A stretch of DNA of 64,000 bases from Tubulanus polymorphus (lineage: Eukaryota; Animalia; Nemertea): contig NC_134025.1 of assembly GCF_964204645.1 (NCBI RefSeq), positions 23,788,299 to 23,852,298 on the forward strand, written 5' to 3'. This document shows, piece by piece, positions 33,224 through 47,100 of this stretch (positions within the stretch are counted from its first letter, which is position 1; every line of letters begins with the position of its first letter). A model generated the notes under the pieces. That model saw only the letters and a list, made by a program, of their open reading frames with translations, was not told the DNA's origin and searched no databases. The position numbers were made by a program, and so were the translations under genes.

Positions 33224-34151
33224 GTAAGTGATTATTACAGGTTTTGTTGACGCAATGTCTAGATTTACCGTATAACAATCTTCAGGAATTGTTTAATCGA
33301 TAGGGCCTATCATTATAAAGATGTTAGATAGGCCTTACTAGATAGGACATCTTTGACTTTTAGTTTAGACCTTTTAGTCCTGAAAAATTCCATTTTTAGT
33401 CCTAAAAAATTCTTCTACACCAGTTTCTTCTGACTTCCTCCTTATTCCTTACTTACATTCATCAGTTTTGATACGGATTTTTTTCTTGGATTCTAATGCG
33501 AGATTTACAGTCATCTCAGACCCGAGTCAAGCTCGTACCCCCTTTCAAAAATGGCCTATCTATGCTCAATTTTTATTTATCCTGTTTTTAAATTTCCTGA
33601 CATTCCATATAGCAAATAAGATTTTGAGAAACATCAGATTCTCTTCACAGTTTTCTTCTTGATTCATGGGTTTTCACTTAACCGATAGGCCCTATAATTA
33701 TATCAGACAGTAACTTGTCTAGTATAGGCCTAAAAGTATGGGAACCCAAAATTTATAGGCCTATAGCATCTTGCTGGTGTTCACATTATCAAAGATAGTA
33801 AATACTGTAAAAACATTATAAGGAAAAGCGTTTTTTTCACAGAAAGCATAGGTATGTCTGATATCATCATAAAAGGAAGAAGATTAATATTTTTTGCTAA
33901 TGTGTCAAACATAAAATATATGTTACAGCCTTGATTCAAAAATTGAAAACGGGGAAATAGGACAGGTGAAAAGCTTGTCAAAAGGCAGGGAAAAGTTATC
34001 CACAATAGGGTACGAGTTGAACCCAATTCAACATGGCGGCAAGCAGTCAGGATTCTTCTGCATCATCAGTTTTTCTTCTGCATCATCAGTTTAGATGAAC
34101 TTGAAACAAGTGGTTAGTCTGAAATAAGGTTTAAGTTCAATTGATAGACCT

Positions 34152-34619
34152 TAAAGCTAAGCATACACCGACAAAGCGACTGGAGACAACTAGTTGCTTG
34201 TGAGCGAGTACCCGCTCACATCGAAAATCTAATGAAAACCTGCAACTGCGTGGCTCATGCCGGTCGCTAGGTCTATAGCGCACACATCGACAGCAACTGA
34301 GATGTGTAATCTAGCAAATATTCTCAGGGCATCTCGAATCGCGTGACAAATTGCTTTGTTTTAGTCAGTTGCAACCATGTGTTATTGATTATGGAGCGCC
34401 CACATCGACGAATATGACAGCAACTGAGTACAACTAGTTGCTCAAAAGTAGAACATGGGCAACTGGCTGGAACTGGAGACAGATGGACGCTAACCAGTAA
34501 GCTAGCTCACAACGACACGTTCGAGCAACTGATTGTATCCAACCAGTTGCTCTCATGCGCCGAAAACTGCCCGGCAACTAGTTGTCTCCAATCGCAGTGT
34601 CGTTGTAGGCTAGGCTTTA
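34152..34619. mobile_element. MITE with ~45-bp imperfect terminal inverted repeats
   Basis: TAAAGCTAAGCATACACCGAC...TGGAGACAACTAGTTGC versus GCAACTAGTTGTCTCCA...GTCGTTGTAGGCTAGGCTTTA; no ORF. Confidence 0.75.
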
Positions 34620-37600
34620 GATTAAAAATCATTTTCAGTAGGAATTCGTTTATTTTAGCACATTTCAGTGTTACATTAATAAATGAAAAGTTCTGTCGGT
34701 AGATAGGCCTATATCAATCCACAACTGGACATCTTTATTAACTGGTTGAATGTTATAAGTAAACTGAGGAGTCTTTGAGAAATGTTTACATACAGACAAC
34801 TGATGGGTACTAAAAAAAACTCGGCGGCATCTATTTACGTATCTAGGTCTGAATAGATTTACCAGACAGAAGAAAAACTGTTTTTTTTAATTAAAAAATA
34901 ATACTGAGGAAGTGTAGGCTTTATGGCGTTATTTAGAAGGTTCGCATAATGAGGGTAGACTTAAATAAGATGAACTTTTATATGAGGACACTGTTATCTA
35001 TTTCAAGATTACGATTTCGAGAGGTAGTAAGGCTCAATGTGCTAAGTGATTGTTGATTGCTTCTTGATAATACGACCTAGGCTTTTTTAAACAGACAAAA
35101 AATTAATTATTTTTAAAGTTAAGTTGAAAACTGCTATTTATGCATTAGTTTAATGCTTATTAAGCCCACCTTAGAATTTAAGGATGAAAAAATATCAAGT
35201 ATTTTAACAGGCCCATGCCAATCTTTTTTGAGGGGTAATTCTATTTTTTTTAAAAGGGTACTTTCCCTGGAAAAGGGACACTTTCACTTTGACAAAGGTA
35301 AGATCTAAATATGAATTTTTTTTCAACCTAAACTTAAACAAAAGAAAATCAGAGTACCAAGGTACCTGAATGAAGGATTTGAGAATAGGTTTCTTGATTT
35401 TCCAAAAAATGGCTTTTTGAAGAGCACTTTCAAACGTTTAGAGGCTTCGTTCACTACCCCCTCCCCTAGGCACAATGATTACTCAACTGTTCAAGGATTA
35501 CTCAAAGACTTAACTATTATTATTTCCTCAATGTTCATTGATTTATATAGTAGTGTTGGTTTTCTGTCAAATAAGGGTTTTGTGATAGGCCTAGATATAC
35601 TTCTATTATAAAATGTATAAATCGATCAAGTTGAGTTTACTAATATTGATAATGATAATAATAAACACCTATACCGGTAATTGATTAGATTTTGTGATTC
35701 GAATCAACCTCTCATGAACTAATTCACTTCACTCAACCAGGATGAAACATGCTTGAATTAGCCTAATAGGCCTACAGAAATTATTACTATTACATTATTA
35801 GATAAAATCAATTTATTGAACAAACATTTTCGAACATTCAACGCTTTAGGAAGTACGCTTCAGGAAAGGAACATCTAAGGGTCGGTTTGGATCGGAGAAA
35901 AAAATCAGCGCTCGGTGAAGTTTTCTTTTCGCGTGTAACGAAAATCAAATAAACGTGTCCGACTGAAATGTCGACTGATCCTTGACATGCGTGTGAAGGT
36001 ATATAATGTAGGCGTTCGTTCGTTGCCACAGTGGGAACAGGATTGGTATGTATATGCAGGCATTCAGTAAATGGAGACAATTTGATTGTCACTGTCATTA
36101 ATCGTAGGCCTGTATAGGGTCCCTCAGTTTTAACTGCGGTGAAGTACTGTTTAAAAAGCACTACCGTATATATGGGTCATTTGTCATTGTATGTACGTCG
36201 TACTATACGGATTAAAAAGGTGAGTGTTGGTTCTAGTATTTCGGGGGAAAAAAAACGTCTGTGGTCAACGGATTTTTTCTACATTCATAATGTTATATTA
36301 TAACAAATTGGTACGAATTTCTGTCACCGTGAATATCTAGTCAAAAACTCATCGAATTCTTCAAATGAATCGGACGGAATCAGAATGATGATGATATTCC
36401 AAAGTCGAATGAATAATTCGTCGTATCAATAAGGATATATTTTTAAGGACTATGACATCGTAAATCAGAGCTAAATAATGACACTAGCTTCGGTAAGTGT
36501 GTACATATATACTAATAAATATTATCCGAATTAGCGAAATTGTTGCCTCGCTATTCCAGGTCAAGGCATCGAGTTCAACACGAATGAATTTATGCCTTTG
36601 AAAAAATGCCCGCTTTTTTTCGGCACTTTTAACATTCGGAAATGGATGCGTCAAATATTATGTCATTCATGCTCAAAAAAGTAGGTTGTTGCGGATTTAG
36701 GTTATCTTGGCTCGAAAACGGAGGCATGAAAGGAGGCATTAGGGATACTACACAACATCATCAGTGTATAGCAGAAACTACATAGACCCGCATTTAGATA
36801 GATAAGAGCTTTATCGGCATCGCAGAACTTAAGTACAGCGGACCGTCGGGATAGATAGAAATTGATTTTGTGGCTTATGGCTGGGTTTGTAATTACGATG
36901 ATTAGGTATATGTGATGCAAAAAAATGCAACGTTTATATATATGTGCCATATATTTGTCTGAAATCATACATTATTCAGTCTATTCATTCATTATATGTG
37001 CTTTGGAAAACAACTACTTAAATGTCACTGGTTTTCAAGCCGGAGGAGTATATTCAGTTCTCGTCGCCATCAATCGAACGAGGTATGGCGAAATCATCTT
37101 GAAATTACGAGTTCATGAATATTTGAAGGATATTCGTCGCGCGGTAAATATTTTTGTCACAACCGACGTTTCAGCTAGTAAGTAGTATTACCCGAGTATA
37201 TAGAATAGTCATGAAACATTAGTCATAGTTATGGTTAGATCTTAATGATGTTGACGCACTCTTCTTTCACTGCAAGTGTGTTTGAAATAAGTAGCACGTT
37301 ATCGAAGTGATGTTTTACGCCATCATCGACTCGACGATGAACGACGAGCTATTCGCCATAAGTCGGCTACAAGTCTCCGTTCGATATGACGAGTCTTACA
37401 GAACTAGATATGAATATATTTCTCGGGCGAACCGAGTTTTAAACGTGCTACACAATGTATGAATCATTGCGCTGTGCGTTTTATGCGATTAACGCCGCTC
37501 TCATCCTGAACAAATTTCAAATCAATCATTAACGGCGCTTGTAAAACCCAGCCTTAAGGCCGACTCCCAATGTTCAATTATATGTTCAGTCAGAATGTGC

Positions 37601-38832
37601 CGAAACATGACTCAATTTTCCAACTTATTAATCATTATAATGGTGATTATGTCTCTACACAGTAATGTAACACTGATATCGGCCATGCAACAAGTTTTAC
37701 ATGATGATGATACACAGGCAGCACGATAACTGTCAGAATGAGTTATATTGTTTTGATCGATCAATCGGTTCATGTCCGCGGTCATCTCTGTAATAGCGTT
37801 TTCTATTTGAACAACCTAGGGACTACGGTAATGCAGTTTGCTCAATTCCAGTTCGGGAGAAATTCATATCGATCGCGTATCGCATCCAGTTCCGCAGGGC
37901 GTCGGTTTTTAAGTTTCATTTTTGAATTTGAACGAGATTCAGGCTAGAGCTGTACGTAGCGGGGGCCATTGCCCCACCAAAAATTTGGAAAATTGCCCTC
38001 TTAGCAAATATTGTTATATCTAATAGAAATTTAATGTAGATCCTTCAATTGGGACTGACAAGCATTTTATTACAGTTTTTGTTAGGGCATAATGAGAAGA
38101 TATATCAGGATTCAGTGTTTCATTCAAGGAACTGCCCTTTTTCGGATATCTCGGCCCCAACATTCAAATGCTAGGTACCGGGTACTACTGCCCTGCAGGT
38201 ATTTCCAAGGGATATCTACTACTTCTTGAATGGCAAAAGTAAGAGAGCTTTTCTGCTTGGTCGTATTACGAACGTAAGTGTATGTAGTAGGCCTAATAGA
38301 TTCACTGTTTACTGCGGTATGTGCACTTTTACAAGGATTATTAGAATGTCATATAAAGATTAGAAGAAGCAATTAATATGTAAATGTTAAAGGCAAAGAC
38401 TTTATGATCAATACGCCGGTATGTATCGAAGACAAAGTACTGAAAGCTTATTCCGATGAGAGTCTATTCAGTCAAATGGCAACGTTCAAACTTGATCTGA
38501 CCGCAGATATATGCAACATTGCCGGTATATTTAGATTGATATTTGATATTTACAATGATTTTCAATTTTGTGATTAGCGATTATTTGTTCTCTAGTAGCG
38601 ACTATATCGTTCTAGACACAATTAGTACTCGAGGTATACATAAAGCTGGTTTAACGCGATGAAGCGTCGTGTGTCGCAAATTTGCGCGAGGGTTTAAAAT
38701 CTAATGGAATAGAGTGGTTATAAGTGTAACTTCTGATCTCATTGCAGATGAAGCCTCCGATTTTCTGAGCATTCCGTCGTTTGCTTAAGATTTCTGCTCG
38801 AAACATCGAAAGAAACTGACGTCATTCCAACT

Positions 38833-41147
38833 ATGAGTACGAGCATGGATCGGAGGAATATCCTGAGCAGTTCGCGGTACCGCAGCGGCAGTCGCGAACA
38901 GGAGCTCGACGATGAAGACCTCGAATTTCATAATTCGTTGAACTATGGTTCGAAGGTGAGCCAGTTGAAGAACATGTTCCAGATGGGTCAGGTCGGCGTC
39001 CTCCATTCGGACGAAGGCGAACGCGAGAAGAGTCCTCGTCGGGAGGTGCCGGCGGCGGTCGTACGCGGCAGCCCGCAACGCGACCAGTCGCCCGATCACA
39101 AACGCAAGCGCGGCAACGTCGTCGGCGACAGCTGCGTCAATAAATCTCCGGCCGCGGTGAACATCGAGCGTGGCTGCGACTCACTGTCGACGACCGATCC
39201 GAATAAATATTTCGAATCGACCAATCACGTTCAACGTTTCAACATCACGCGCGCGATGTTCGCGCGTATGGAAGAGGAGAGTAAGACGCCGAGCAAACCG
39301 ATCGAACTGCCGAGGAGACGTGTGAAGGTCTCGCCATCCCGACTCGATCAACAGACTCCGAAATCGGGATCGACGGGTAATTTGTTAGACGAGCGAAAAC
39401 CGCGTTCGTCGTCCGATCCATCAGAGATGGAATGCATCGCCGATAACGCAAATTATTACTATCCCGGGAGTACGAGACAATCTGTTGAACAACCGCGAAA
39501 GAATCGCAGTAGCAGTACGGCGGACGTGAGGCTGTTAGACAGCGGTATTAACCCGCTCGACGCCCGCAGACAGTGGCAACAGCGGGATACGGTCGGGAAG
39601 AAAGTTCGACCGCAGGTTCCCGTGCGTCCGAATACGAACAACCGAACGAACTACGACCGTCAGAATTCGTCGGAACAACCGGTCGTAACGATGCGCGACA
39701 AATCGGCGATGTCCGCGAAACAGGCGGCCGATCGCGTGTCGAACCGGAAATCGCTCGACGAGGTCGAACGATACAAACTGCATCGAAGTCCGAGTCCGGA
39801 TCATCGTCCGATCATTCCGCATCCGTACGATCACAAGAATTTTGAGCACGACGGCGCCGAGCACGAGCAGTACCGCGTGAAACGCGCGAGCCGCAATAAC
39901 GACGAACAAATGACCGGCGGTCACAAACACAACGAGATTAATCCAGCAGCAGAGATTCAGAAGAATTACTACCACGCGGGACGAGGAGATGCCGTCGTTG
40001 ATAATAGGAGGAATTCGACGGAAACGTCCGGTTCACGGGAATCGCTCAGTAGTACCGGCTCGATCAGACAAATGTGGGAACGGGGCGAGCACGTCGGCTC
40101 GAGGGATTCCCTGACGGGCGTTTCCTCGGGGAGAGAAGGCAGTATCGGTTCCCGGGAGTCGCTTTCGGATGTTTCGCCTCCGAAAGCGAAATCCGAAGAC
40201 GTCCAGCGATACGGAAAAGTTTGCGCTTATCCTCGCGTGCGCAAAGACATCGACACCAACGGCTCCTTGCCGCATACGCATTCGACCGCGAGCAAAGACT
40301 CTTCGTTTTTCGACTCGTTCGAGCCGGTCGGTCGACCGGAATCGGTCAATTCAGTTTTTGAATCACCTTCGCAGCAGCAGCAGCAGCAGCAGAACGTCCC
40401 CGTAATGTTGCCGGAAGTGATCGAAACTCGCGCAAATTTTGACGTCAATTTTCAACCGAATTACAACGATATTCCATACGACACGGTGTCCGTTACGTCG
40501 CAAAGCAGCGTAACTTCTTCTGTAAACGACGATGCGTTTATCGTCGCCGAACGGAACGTCGTCAGAAGATCACAGCCGACCCCGGTGCAAGCCGATGTAA
40601 GCGCCGATTACGATATTCCGCGTCGCGACGAAGACGGTGGTAAATATCCGATTCCGATCGAGACGGTTGCCGACGCCGACAGCTCCGTCATGCAAATAGT
40701 TCTCGACGAACCGAACCAGAAACAAACCGAAGACGACCACGTTTACGATATCGTCAAAGTTGCCCCGCGACCCGTCGAAGAACCGACTTCGGCCGATTTC
40801 AATGACGACGGCGACGAAAACGACGGAATACGCTCGTGGGCGAAAAATCGCACACGGTATTCGCCGCGCGTGCTCAGTCCGGACGATCAGAGCGCGTCGT
40901 CGATTTCGAGCGAAACAGATTCGAGTCCGTCGAAACGTATCTCCGACCCGTCGTACGCTGAGTACGATCTGATCAGCGGTAACGTTCTGGTGGGCGCGTC
41001 GATCAGCGGCGCATCGGCGGCGTCGAATCGAGACAGCGTCTGCACCGAATACGAACCGATCGACGAGAATAGTCCGACCGTAGAAAACGCGCCGGTGCTC
41101 ACTAAAGCACATCGCATCGATGAAGAAGAACAGCAATATTTTGACAG
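38833..41147 (+). CDS. PPP1R9A: Neurabin first coding exon (F-actin-binding N-terminus and disordered region)
   Basis: [15 protein letters not shown] (cf. neurabin YGSNVHRIKSMF.QMG) and [12 protein letters not shown]. Acceptor at 38747, donor AG|GTGAGT, phase 2. Confidence 0.88.
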
Positions 41148-44100
41148 GTGAGTTTCTTAATCGCTTATTTTAGGCATTGGATATTTTGCAGATGTGGCAT
41201 TGTTTTAGTAAGATGAACTAATAAAAACAAAATCATTTTATTAGCTAAGAGTTAGGTTTCGTTAGGGTTACAGTCGAGAGGGTCCAGAGCATTAGGGTTA
41301 GGGCCCATTTTACAGCTAGGGTAAGGTACAGTTGAGCGCTATATATGTAATTAAAACATTCCGAGGAAAACTTGATAAGGAGATTATTTCAGATGATTTA
41401 ACCCTTGACGGAGTTCGATAGTTTTCTGTTAGTATCTAATAGCATAGATGAAACATAGGAAATACATTAAGTCAGACTTAACCGATGATTACCTGATGGA
41501 ACTAACAGTCAAATTCTTAATCCAATTAGCAATTAAAAGTCCCTTGCCGGAATCCAAAAAACTGATGGCATTGTCAGACTTGCACTTGCAGACTTCATTG
41601 TCCCCTGTTGAATGTTCATCTGAATGTAGTGTTTTAGAATCGTATTAATTTTTCATGATGATTCTATTACGTGTGTTGAAATGTGTGTGTCTATTTAAGT
41701 ACGTATTATACATTTAACTTTTTATCACTAGATGGCAGACCTGTTGATTGCACTCGATGGAAAATCAATGATATCTCGTGTGTAGTGTATATATTGTTCG
41801 TATACACCTCTCATCACTGCTTAATTCAATTACATTGAGCTTCTATCAGATTTTCATGTTCCCAATATGGATGAATACGGATAGATTGTTTATGTCTGCC
41901 TTCAGAACTAATCCATAGTCCAGAAGTACCTTTTACTGGGGGGGGGGGGGGAAGGGGAGAGTAATCAAATGAAATAAATTGATATCGAATATTTGTTCTG
42001 CTTTATTATTGCGTTAAGATACAAATGAAAATATCGTGTACATTCCTGTGGTATTCGTAAATTAAGGTTTTTACATACGCACTCTCTACATAAAGTTGTT
42101 TCGTATTTTGCACGAGAAGGCTCGATGTCATCTCGAGTCCAGTCGAGAGTTACTGGAATTAATAGAAACCCCCCTGAAGTAGCTGGCGCGGCGTACTATG
42201 ATAAAAATCTGATTCTATATACGGTCAATATGATAAAGATCCTCACAACCAGTGTTCTCCACGTATGCTGGAATTTTAAAGGGGCAGCATTCATTGTTAA
42301 GTGTATTACATCGTTGCTGCTGAAGTAGCAAGGCTTTCATTCCCCCTCCCCCCAAAAAAGATACAGACATTAGGCCTAAGCTTAATGTTGGTATAATCTT
42401 CTTTTTTCGCATTAGCTCGATATATTTCAAAGCAATCATCATCGTCGATAGAATCTTGACATATGCTTTGTTAGGGGCAGCAGATATTTTTCGAGGAGTG
42501 GCTGATTTTCAGAGGTGGACGTAAAAATGAAAAGGGTGGCTGCTGGCCTCTGAACACCGACGCCTCATTGTAGTAGACATCATTTTATCAATGTTTTCGC
42601 CGAAGATGATTTATGGTTGGCTCGAATTATTATATCAAATTGGGCTGTATAATTTTTTCGCCATTCGAGGGGGGCCTATATTTACTCCGGACCTATATAA
42701 ACGTAACTACCACCAACAAAGGCGCTAAATTGTGACCTGATCAAATTAACGACTAACTACACTCAATGTTCATTGAAGGTAGTTTTCTACCTTGGCCGAT
42801 ATTTTGACTGCAGAACACGTTACATTATCCCGCGCTACCACCGCTCGAGTGTATGATATGATACTTTACGCAAGATATTTGATACTTCGGTAAGCTCATG
42901 AAATGATGATTTTATTTCGGGAATTTTTCTCAGAAAATAGAATTTAATATGATACACCAAAGGTCGCATCAAAAATACATATTATAAAGAGTATGTATTT
43001 TTGGTCGCATGCATAGCGTAGATCTATTTGAATCAGTATAATGTAACTGACCTCGCTGAAAATAGATGAAATATTGTTATTTTTTATGTCAATTTGTAGC
43101 GATTGTTTGCGTCATTGACTGCGTCAATAATTTCACAATTTTAATTGCTCTTGGTCGTATGTCTACCCACACATGCTGGCCATATGGTGTACATAATAGA
43201 TATATACATGTACACCTGCGGCTAATGTATTCATATTGCGCCACCATCCGATCCAATTCGAAAGCGCTGGTTTTTCTCAACGCGTGTCTGTTAGCGCGTT
43301 ACGTGGATTATGCGTTAAGTTCCGCGTTTAAATTTCGTAATTTAGTGCGATGTCGTTTCATTTTATGAAATCGCGGATTTGTCAGAATGCGGATTTGAAT
43401 TTTTGCATGAACTCGCCATGCGACCAGCTGTTACGCTCTGCATCCTGAATGGATAGCGATTTCGGAGTATTAATTCCGCATAGTTTGTACATAAATGACA
43501 GGATCATTTAGTGTATCGCGATCAACTATTGACATCTATTCATTAAGTTCCTGGTTGTTATATATTAATTTTACTCCGATATTATATAGCTAGGTGTATG
43601 TATATATACAAGGATGTATATGTGTCCTTGCGGATTGTGGATTATCAAATTCCGTGCAGGATATGAACAATCTCAGGTGGATCGATGTGCGCGTTGAAAG
43701 CAGGTTGACATTTAGTTTCCTATGGATTGACAGACTCATTAACCGTACATCGTCTCTGTGTGTCTCTCTCTCTCTTTCTCTCTCTGTCTCTCTGTCAGCT
43801 GATAGAAGTTGACAGTGTTTCACTCTACTGATCAATAATCCAACTCTACACAGCTACAAAATTGAACTTTCTCTCTCTCTCTTCGTCTCTTTCCGTTACA
43901 GTTTATGAATTCATCATCATCATAACTGATGATTATTCGAAATGTATATTTGTCTTAGAATCGGGTACCAGCAACGTTACTAAATTCCACAAGAATCCGC
44001 CAGGTTCCCTAGTGTACAGCACGACGACAATACGCGGATTTCTTTCTTTGAATAAAATCTCATATCTCATATTCTCAAGTTTCACGTACGATAATTGTGC

Positions 44101-47100
44101 CACATATAAACTATAAAGATTAATCCGACCTGATTTTTGGATTGGAATACCAAAAAACTGAGGTCGAAATTAATCGAAAATGAACTAATTTCGATCGAGT
44201 AGGTCTGATATCTTAGTGGCGCCATCTGACGGGACCGGTACCCCATTCTAGTTCCAGTGGACACAGAAGCCGTTGTTGTGATTGTTTGACTATGTGATGA
44301 TAGACGACCGCGCCTGCTGGTGTATGGGCGTGATGTCACATTTATGGCGCGATGATTACGAAAAATGGGATTGAGTTTCTCGGACCAATCGTCGTGTTGG
44401 CAGAAAGTAAAGTACTCGAAATTCACGCGAGTTTTGAAGCGTACGGAGTGCCTCGCTGAAGAAGTTGATAATAGTAACATGGGTCAATCGACGAGTGCTG
44501 AGAATAAAGTTCCGGCGGCGGAATCTTCTGATGAAGTTAAAGCGGATGGCGACGGTAAAAATAGGCAAATAACCGGTGCAAGGTCTGCCGCCGAGTCCGA
44601 GACTGTTTTACAGTTAGATACGCATACCGGGTTGAGCGAAACTGACGTCGATGTAAACGTGAATTCCGGCGAACCGATACGTAAAACTCAGATTAATGAA
44701 ATTGATAATACTCACCATGGAACTACTAACAACAGCGCTCGAGAAAACGCCGAGGAGCGAATAGACAGTTTACACGAACACGATGCATCTAATGAGATAT
44801 CGGCGATCGCGACGAACACGTCCGCGGGTCGACGCGACGATGAAGATCCGAAGACCGTCGGCGATTTGTCTGTTTCGAATTCGCGGACGAATCGCGCGAT
44901 CGATCTCGGTGCCGACCAAAAAGAAGTGGCACCACCTGCGGCGAATGATCAAATCGATCCCAACGCAAACGCGAATGATGAAGAAACGTCCGTCGATGAT
45001 GAAAACTTGCGCAACGTTCGCGTTGTAAACGAGACAAACAGGCCGGCGCTGATTGAATTCGCGCCCGTCATTGCTGTCGTCGATACCGTACACGACAACG
45101 GGTTACAACACGTCGGCGACGATATTTCCAAACAGCCGATCATCGTCGATATTCCTTTGAATTTGGAGGTCGTGGACGGCGTCGAAATCGAATCAGAAAA
45201 TCTGTCACGAGATCAGCGCGATGATTACGATGACGACGGCGGCATTCTCGATAAACGCGATCGTATTTTGCAGCCGCTTCAAACGGAGAGGAAAGCCGTC
45301 GATGTAGAACGGTATACGGTGGTCATCGGTGCGTTAGATGGGCTTTTCGCTAAAATGAAAACGGTGTCAAAACATTGGTAAGGAGGAAGAAGACCACTTT
45401 CGTTATTCTTATTATGTCTGTAATTGATACTACTAGTCTTACTTGCCAACTGTCCCTGCTGGTGTTTGTTTGATGCTATTGACGATCTATTGCTGTCCCT
45501 GAAACAATTTCTACTGTCCCTCTAGAAAATTGTTTTAATTCATTTTTCCTTAACGTGTCCCTGAAAATTTACTTTTTTGTCCCCGATGTGGTAGGTTGGT
45601 AGGTCTGTAATTTAGAATTCACATGGGACAGAAATGAACCGAGGCTTATCTGAAGTCTAGACCTAGTTAGTAAGAAACCCCTAACCATTATATGAACGTG
45701 GATAATAACAAAAACATAATGAAAGATGAAGCCAGCAAGCATTAAACTTCATTGGAGTTTACCAAAATGTTTGGTAAATAAATGTTTGGTGTTTCGTATG
45801 GTTTTTAGGCTTTACACTTATGGATGTACATTTTAGATAGGTATTTATGATTGTTGCCCATCTGTAACAATCGACAAGGATGAATGAAGCTTCCACCTCA
45901 TCTCATAAGATGATTGAACGAAGAGGCAAATTATTCTACATCGATACCCAATATAGCCATAATCAGTGCCTAATTGACTAATGGCAGTATATGGCTCTCG
46001 GTCGTTCTGTAGACACCAGTCTTATCCCACCATTAGGCATTAAATAATAATGCAAGGCTGATTAACAATCTAGCAATTGTCTCTTTCTAAAAATAAGGAT
46101 ACGAAGGACTTGGAAATATTGCTATAGATACTCCAATAGTATCGTCATAGCATTCTGAGCCATCCCTTTCGCTAGTAGTGTCTGGTTCCGGATGGGCTTG
46201 ATCTTCGCATTGGATGTCCATCATCTATCGTTACGCAGGCTCGAAATGAATTTATTTTTCGTGCGATGAAAAAACTCTTTTTTAGATTAAGTAGATCGCT
46301 AATCAGTCGGCCAAGTGAACCGTGAAGTGTGCGTCCTTGAAATAACAGTCGTTCGCGGTTAAAGAATAGCTTCAATTTACCGTTTAAATTATTCATATGC
46401 GGTAATTCTCCGACGCTTGGCGGCTTATACAAACAATCCGTTGAACGAAACAATTTTTGTATGCTATTCGATCGAGCTCAGGTGCTAGTTCAGTAACGCC
46501 TTCATTAACTTCCGTTAGCGCTACGTTTTTTTTCTTTTTTAGGCGGCGCAAATTTTTTTGCTCATTAGCCGCGCGCGTATATGCAACTTACTTATTACGC
46601 TCATTCATAAATTGCTTTTCATCATATTCGTAATAACCTTGAATTCTTCTAGCTCGATATAATAACGAGAGCATTCCGTTTATACGTGGTAAATCACGGT
46701 CTCGCGCTTCAGACGAAGTTTGCATTCGTCTATCCCTACGGCTTGCGGCGTCCGATGACTTCACGTCCCACTGCGGCTTATACACTATAATAGTAGTCGT
46801 GAGTATTAGAGCGATCGCCGAAGTTGTGGACCGGGTTCGACGGATTCGGGTGATCGCGTTTCAAACGGATTTTGGTGAAACAAACAATGAGATATATCTC
46901 GTAATACGTCGATAATGTATGTACAGTAGGGATCAGGAAATAATGACGGTACGTCAGCGACGGTGTCGTCGTCGTCGTTGTGGATAGAGCAGACGAACCC
47001 GGAGAGAACCACCGGCGATAAAAGATTATACTCATAGGCTTATAGCCGGGCAACATGGGATCGTCCCACTCATGGCAAATACAGGATACTGCATATGGAT

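Noticed and set aside
38785-41136. Many overlapping ORFs in the neurabin first exon (likewise 44770-45143)
   Set aside because: GC-rich coding sequence is stop-poor in other frames; only the main frame has neurabin motifs.
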